Shown here: piece after piece, positions 59,139 through 64,000 of the stretch | Layout: each line of letters starts with the position of its first letter | Numbering within the stretch: the stretch's first letter is position 1 | NCBI GenBank assembly: GCA_000999715.1 | Contig: LCGL01000001.1 | Location: forward strand, 3,139-67,138 | DNA: 64,000 nt | Direction: 5' to 3' | DNA from: Candidatus Falkowbacteria bacterium GW2011_GWF2_43_32 | GTDB taxonomy: Bacteria; Patescibacteriota; Patescibacteriia; Patescibacteriales; UBA12465 | Position numbers and translations under genes: made by a program | Notes under the pieces: model-generated | Told to the model about the DNA's origin: nothing | The model's database searches: none | What the model saw: the letters and a program-made list of their open reading frames with translations, nothing else

Positions 59139-61175
59139 TTAATTAGACACCTTTATTATACCAATATTCACGCCGCCGTTAAAGCCTTCTTCCCAAGCAT
59201 AGAAAGATTCCAGCAATGTGCCGGCACCGTCGAAAGAACGGACATGCGGTGCGGCTCCCGGTCGGGCGCCGACCAAAATCTCGGCGCGGCCGTCGTTATC
59301 CAAATCGCCGGCGGCCAGATTGACGCCGCCCTGCCAAGCGCGACCGTAAGCCAAAAATTGCTTTTTCATAATCGCGTGATGATCGAAAATTTTAATCAAC
59401 GGTTCTCGCCCCTTGCCGGGAGCGACGATTATTTCCGCTTTACCGCGATCTCGGCGACCGTCTAAATTCGCCACCGCCACCGACACGCCGCCGCGAAAAC
59501 TTTTTTCGTACGGCGCGAAGGCGCTTAATATCCGACCGGCCGGCGTAAAAATTTTAATCAAGGGTTCGCGTCCAGCGCCGTAAGCGACGACTATTTCCTG
59601 ATTGCCTTTGCCGTCCAAATCGCCGACGGCCACATCCAATCCTCCCCGCCAAGAGCGACTATCCGCAAAAAATTGTTTTTTTAATTTGCCGCCGGCATCA
59701 AAAATCCGCACTTGACCGTTGCCGCCCGAAGCCTGGGCGACAATAATTTCCGCCCGATCGTCGCCGTCGACATCAGCCGCGGCCACGCTGACGCCGCCGC
59801 GAAAATTTTTATCAAACACCAAAAATTCTTTCAATAATTTGCCGTCCAGGTTAAAAATTTTCACCTGCGGTTCTTGTCCGACGCCGGCCGCCACAATCAA
59901 TTCTTCCGCTCCGTCACCGTTAATATCCCCAGCCGCCAAATCAAATCCGCTTTTAATGCCCGCGGCCGAAAACTTTTCCACTAAATTGCCGTTGGCCGCT
60001 CTGATTTCCGGACTCTTGTCCGCCCCCTTAATCTCGCTGTCGGCTAAAAGCACTATACGTCCCACGCGACTGTACAGACTTTCTTTGGCCAATTCCACGG
60101 CGCGATCCACATTCAAACGGCCGTTACCCAGTTGGCCCGGATAATCCGGATTCAAGCGGGTAATATTGTCGGTGGAAGCGAATAGAATATTGACAATTTC
60201 CCGCCGGCTCAAACTGGGGTCGGCCGTGGCGATTAACGCCAAAGTGGCGGACACCAAAGGCGCCGCCATGGAAGTGCCCGACCAATAACCGTCGTAAATA
60301 TTTTGCGGATTTTCCAAATCACTGCCGATACTGGTCGCTCCGAAAAAACTGATGCCCGGCGCGACAATATCCACGCAACGGGAACCGTAACTGGAAAATT
60401 TGGCTTTCTGATCCAAAGCATCGGTAGCCGCTACGCCGATAACCATATTCTCTCCCCAGGCGCCGTCATAACAAGCCGGATAAATCGGAGTTTGATCGAT
60501 GTTATAACCCTCGCCGGCCGCTTGCTCGTTTCCGGCGGCGGCGACAACCATTACTCCGGCTTGATGAGCCCGCTTCACCGCCTCTTGCAAAGATTCATTA
60601 TAAGTAAAACTCACGAAGCTCAAATTGATAATATCGGCGCCGTTATTGACCGCGTAATCGATGGCTCGCACCACGTCGCTCGTCTTCCCCTCGCCTTTGT
60701 CGTTCAAAGCTTTCAAGGGCATAAGTTTGGCCTCCCAAGTGACTCCGGCAATTCCCTGACTGTTGTTGCCGCGAGCGGCAATCACTCCGGCCACCGCCGT
60801 TCCGTGCGTCACGCCGGCTTCCGTCCAACCGGGAATAAATTTCGGCGACGGATCGGAAGTATTATCGGTGAAATCCCAGCCGTTTACATCATCGATAAAA
60901 CCGTTGCGATCGTCGTCAATTCCGTTGCCGGCAATCTCCCGGGAATTGGTCCAAATATTATCGCGTAAATCGGGATGACTGATTTGCAGACCGGAGTCAA
61001 TGATCGCGATAACGACGTCCGGACTGGCGGAAATTTTGTCCCAAGCACTATCGGCTTTGATTTTCATCAAATACCATTGATTGCCGTAATAAGGATCGTT
61101 CGGCGTAATGTCGGCCAAAACCGGCTCAACCAAAAATAGCGAGAGAATAAAAAAAGATGTTATCAGTTTTTTCAT
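59139..61175 (-). CDS. Secreted S8 subtilisin-like protease with C-terminal FG-GAP repeats
   Basis: Signal peptide; IIDSG, HGTAVAG, GTSMA triad; about five GD.DGDG..EI.V repeats. Confidence 0.9.
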   Translation of the reverse strand: MKKLITSFFILSLFLVEPVLADITPNDPYYGNQWYLMKIKADSAWDKISASPDVVIAIIDSGLQISHPDLRDNIWTNSREIAGNGIDDDRNGFIDDVNGWDFTDNTSDPSPKFIPGWTEAGVTHGTAVAGVIAARGNNSQGIAGVTWEAKLMPLKALNDKGEGKTSDVVRAIDYAVNNGADIINLSFVSFTYNESLQEAVKRAHQAGVMVVAAAGNEQAAGEGYNIDQTPIYPACYDGAWGENMVIGVAATDALDQKAKFSSYGSRCVDIVAPGISFFGATSIGSDLENPQNIYDGYWSGTSMAAPLVSATLALIATADPSLSRREIVNILFASTDNITRLNPDYPGQLGNGRLNVDRAVELAKESLYSRVGRIVLLADSEIKGADKSPEIRAANGNLVEKFSAAGIKSGFDLAAGDINGDGAEELIVAAGVGQEPQVKIFNLDGKLLKEFLVFDKNFRGGVSVAAADVDGDDRAEIIVAQASGGNGQVRIFDAGGKLKKQFFADSRSWRGGLDVAVGDLDGKGNQEIVVAYGAGREPLIKIFTPAGRILSAFAPYEKSFRGGVSVAVANLDGRRDRGKAEIIVAPGKGREPLIKIFDHHAIMKKQFLAYGRAWQGGVNLAAGDLDNDGRAEILVGARPGAAPHVRSFDGAGTLLESFYAWEEGFNGGVNIGIIKVSN

Positions 61176-61250
61176 ATAACATCTATATAATATCATATTA
61201 TGATTATTTATAAAACCTCGTTTTATCCGTTCCGACTGCCGCCAAACGAC

Positions 61251-62462
61251 CTAGCAAGTCTCTATTTCTTTCAAGGTTTCACGGGCGCATTTTTCCCAAC
61301 TGAAGGCTTTCGCCCGCTCCAGTCCTTTAGTAATCAGTCGGCGGCGCAATTCGGCCTCGCTGACAATCCTTCTCATCGCCGTCGCGATGGCATATTTGTC
61401 GTGTTGATTGAAATACAATACACCCTCCCCGGCGATTTCTCTTAACACCGGCAAATCGGAAACGGCGGCGGGCACGCCGCAAGCCATTGCCTGCACCACC
61501 GGCAAACCGAAGCCTTCATGTTTGGAAGGAAAAATAAAGGCGCTAGCGGCGTTGAAAATATAAGGCAGATCGGCCTCGCTCACCCAACCGGGCATAATCA
61601 CTTCATCGTTCAAATTAAATTCTTCGATTGAATATTCAATTTCGTCAAAACCGAAACCGGCATCGCCGATTAAAACCAACTTGGCCTTGATTTCCGGATG
61701 ATGATCGCGAAGAATGGCTAGAGCCTCCACCAAAGCGGAAACGTTCTTTTTCTTTTCCAAGCGACCGACATATAAAAAGTAGAGATCCGGCAATTCATAT
61801 TTGCGCAAAACCGCCTGCGTCTTTTCCGGTTCGTTTATCGGCCGAAATAACTCGCGCACATAACCGTTGTGGACTACGGCGATCTTGTCTTTCGGAGTGT
61901 GCGGATAAAAATCCAAGATTTCCCGACGGGTAAATTCGGAAACGGCGATAATTTTGCGCGCATGTCGCAAAGAAAACGCCGTCGACCAATAAAGATAATC
62001 CACCGATCGGGAGCTGTATTTGCCGAGAGTCAAAGATTTCACCGACAAATCGAGCAAACGTTGCGAGCCGGGACGAATATCTCTGACTTTCCAGGAATGA
62101 TACAGATTTTGTTCGCGAACAAAAGCGATATCATGAATGGTGTTGATGGTTTTGCGCGGACCGAAAAGCGGCAAAGCGTGCGCCGGAATAAAAAGGACGT
62201 CCGGACGACGCCACAACATTTCCAGGGTCAAACGACCCAAAGTCCAAAAATAACGCACCGGCCAATTCAATAACCGAAAAGAAAAATTCGGATTATCTTG
62301 AATCGCTTCCCGCAATTCTTTGACGGGCGGGCGATTCACATAAAGCCAATAAGTATTTTTTTTATCGATCGCCGCCAAACTCTTAATCAAATAAAAAGAA
62401 TACCATTCCGTACCGGTCTTATGTTGAAGATTGGCGCGCGAAGCGTCGATGCCGATAATCAT
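61251..62462 (-). CDS. Glycosyltransferase family 4 (GT-B)
   Basis: MIIGIDAS, HDIAF, EGFGLPVVQAMACG; start placed at MIIG. Confidence 0.9.
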   Translation of the reverse strand: MIIGIDASRANLQHKTGTEWYSFYLIKSLAAIDKKNTYWLYVNRPPVKELREAIQDNPNFSFRLLNWPVRYFWTLGRLTLEMLWRRPDVLFIPAHALPLFGPRKTINTIHDIAFVREQNLYHSWKVRDIRPGSQRLLDLSVKSLTLGKYSSRSVDYLYWSTAFSLRHARKIIAVSEFTRREILDFYPHTPKDKIAVVHNGYVRELFRPINEPEKTQAVLRKYELPDLYFLYVGRLEKKKNVSALVEALAILRDHHPEIKAKLVLIGDAGFGFDEIEYSIEEFNLNDEVIMPGWVSEADLPYIFNAASAFIFPSKHEGFGLPVVQAMACGVPAAVSDLPVLREIAGEGVLYFNQHDKYAIATAMRRIVSEAELRRRLITKGLERAKAFSWEKCARETLKEIETC

Positions 62463-62493
62463 AATATAAAAAACTAACTGAAAATAATTTTTA

Positions 62494-63501
62494 TTATTTG
62501 GTCGCCAAAATACTGCGCTTATAAGAATCCAAATTATCCAAAGCGATACCGGTGCCTTTGGCGACGCAGAGCATGGCATCGTCGGCCACGTAGGCGGACA
62601 CGCCGGTGGTGCGGGAAATCAACTGGTCGATATTGCGCAGCAGCGCACTGCCGCCGGTCAACACAATTCCTTTATCTATAATATCGGCCGACAATTCCGG
62701 CGGCGTTTTATGCAAAACTTTCTTGGCCGCCGCGATAATCGCTTCCAGTTCATTTTGAATCGCCTCCGTCACGTCGTCGGAACTGACCGTAATACTGCGC
62801 GGCAAGCCGGTGACGATATCGCGACCGCGCGTTTCCAAATATAATTTATCTTCCATATATAAAGCCGAACCGATATTGATTTTAATCTCTTCGGCCGTGC
62901 GTTCGCCGATGGCCAAATTATATTTTTTGCGGACATATTCCAAAATCGCCGCGTCAAATTTATTGCCGCCGACCCGCACCGAAGTGGAGGCAACGATACC
63001 GCCCAAAGAAATCACCGCCATTTCCGCGGTTCCGCCGCCGATATCAATCACCATGTGCCCGGTGGACGAACCGATGGGAATATCGGCGCCGATGGCGGCC
63101 GCCACCGGCTCTTTAATAATATAAGCCGCTTTCGCACCGGCGGCGATAGTCGCCTCGATAACCGCCCGCCGTTCCGTGGAAGAAATTCCGGCCGGTACCG
63201 CCACCATCACTTCCGGACGAAACAAGCGAATGCCGCCCAGAGTCTTATTGATAAAATAACGAATCATCGCCTCGGTCGCGCGATAGTCGGCAATAACGCC
63301 GTCTTTTAAGGGACGAACGGCCATAATCGTATCCGGCGTTCGGCCAATCATGTCTTTCGCTTCGTTGCCGACCGCCAAAATTTTCTTATCGTCAAGAGAA
63401 ACCGCCACCACGGAAGGTTCGTTAATAACGATGCCGCGGCGCGGCAAATGAATCAAAGTATAGGTTGTTCCGAGATCGATCCCGATTCTTTTTATAAACA
63501 T
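62494..63501 (-). CDS. mreB: Rod shape-determining protein MreB/Mbl
   Basis: IGIDLGT, NEPSVVA, PLKDGVIAD, DIGGGT, LTGGSALL. Confidence 0.95.
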   Translation of the reverse strand: MFIKRIGIDLGTTYTLIHLPRRGIVINEPSVVAVSLDDKKILAVGNEAKDMIGRTPDTIMAVRPLKDGVIADYRATEAMIRYFINKTLGGIRLFRPEVMVAVPAGISSTERRAVIEATIAAGAKAAYIIKEPVAAAIGADIPIGSSTGHMVIDIGGGTAEMAVISLGGIVASTSVRVGGNKFDAAILEYVRKKYNLAIGERTAEEIKINIGSALYMEDKLYLETRGRDIVTGLPRSITVSSDDVTEAIQNELEAIIAAAKKVLHKTPPELSADIIDKGIVLTGGSALLRNIDQLISRTTGVSAYVADDAMLCVAKGTGIALDNLDSYKRSILATK

Positions 63502-63535
63502 AAAAACGATAAAAACAAAAAATTAACCTTAAATC

Positions 63536-63564
63536 ATCTTAGTATTTTTTAAGGGTTTAGTCAA
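63536..63564 (-). promoter_or_regulatory. Putative mreB promoter
   Basis: TTGACT-17 bp-TAAGAT on the minus strand. Confidence 0.5.
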
Positions 63565-63574
63565 TCAAACGACC

Positions 63575-63988
63575 CTATTCTTCATAGTCGCGTTCTTCGG
63601 TTTTTTCTTGATTGGCGATAATTTTTTTCACTTTTTCCGCGAACTCAAAAGTATCAAATTCTTCTTTGAAAAAAACATAATCCGCCCCCAGATCCAAACT
63701 GCGCTGACGGCTGTCTTCGTCGCTTAAATCGGTAAAAATAAAAATTTGTCGGTCATCAAGTTCATCGTCCGCTTTCATTTTTTTGATAATTTCAAAACCG
63801 TCCACTTTCGGTAAAATCAAATCCAGGACCACATAATCGGGATCGAAGTCGCGCATCCTGGTCAAGAGCTCCTCCAGTTCTTCTTCGCCGGTAGAAGTTT
63901 CCACTTGGAACTCGCCGAATTCGAATTGCGCTTCCAAGCCGTAAAGCAGATTGGCGTCGTCCTCAATAATAAATATTTTTTTATTCAT
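63575..63988 (-). CDS. Single-domain response regulator (receiver)
   Basis: IFIIEDD, VVLDLILPKVDG, LGADY. Confidence 0.88.
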   Translation of the reverse strand: MNKKIFIIEDDANLLYGLEAQFEFGEFQVETSTGEEELEELLTRMRDFDPDYVVLDLILPKVDGFEIIKKMKADDELDDRQIFIFTDLSDEDSRQRSLDLGADYVFFKEEFDTFEFAEKVKKIIANQEKTEERDYEE

Positions 63989-64000
63989 ACCGATAAAATT

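Noticed and set aside
59200..59950. DNA-level repeats within the S8 protease gene
   Set aside because: Explained by the FG-GAP protein repeats.
124..63309. Numerous antisense and alternative-frame ORFs in the track (e.g. 13214-13957, 19608-20198, 60303-60968)
   Set aside because: They are shadow ORFs fully overlapping well-identified genes and carry no recognisable motifs.
1..64000. tRNA, rRNA or transposase genes
   Set aside because: None recognised by eye; the intergenic spaces lack cloverleaf or T-loop signatures, though tRNAscan was not run.

Overview
A 64-kb, almost entirely minus-strand core-genome segment. It most likely comes from a Patescibacteria/CPR bacterium (Parcubacteria-like). 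This is inferred from the missing rpmD/L30, the many extended ribosomal proteins, the compact AlaRS and ComEC, and the absence of Shine-Dalgarno sequences. It contains the str, S10, spc and alpha ribosomal clusters, dnaG-rpoD, scpAB, asnS plus an archaeal-type aspS, recO, prfB, alaS, a reduced dcw cluster, a glycosylation operon, an S8/FG-GAP protease and mreB. Two things stand out. (1) A family of four dispersed 115-130 bp multi-stem intergenic hairpins with conserved loop motifs (RAGGAGCGA ... CACA ... AGCGG), freely co-varying stems and G-U wobbles nearly all favouring the strand antisense to the genes. (2) A small, mostly AT-rich accessory island at about 0.8-3.85 kb encoding MazG-like, GIY-YIG/DUF2075 helicase, pyrimidine-dimer glycosylase and an orphan PemK/MazF toxin. 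The toxin is flanked by a fully signalled ~60-nt convergent small RNA and by an inverted repeat covering its start codon. No rRNA, tRNA, CRISPR array or transposase was recognised. All calls come from reading the sequence; no database searches were run.
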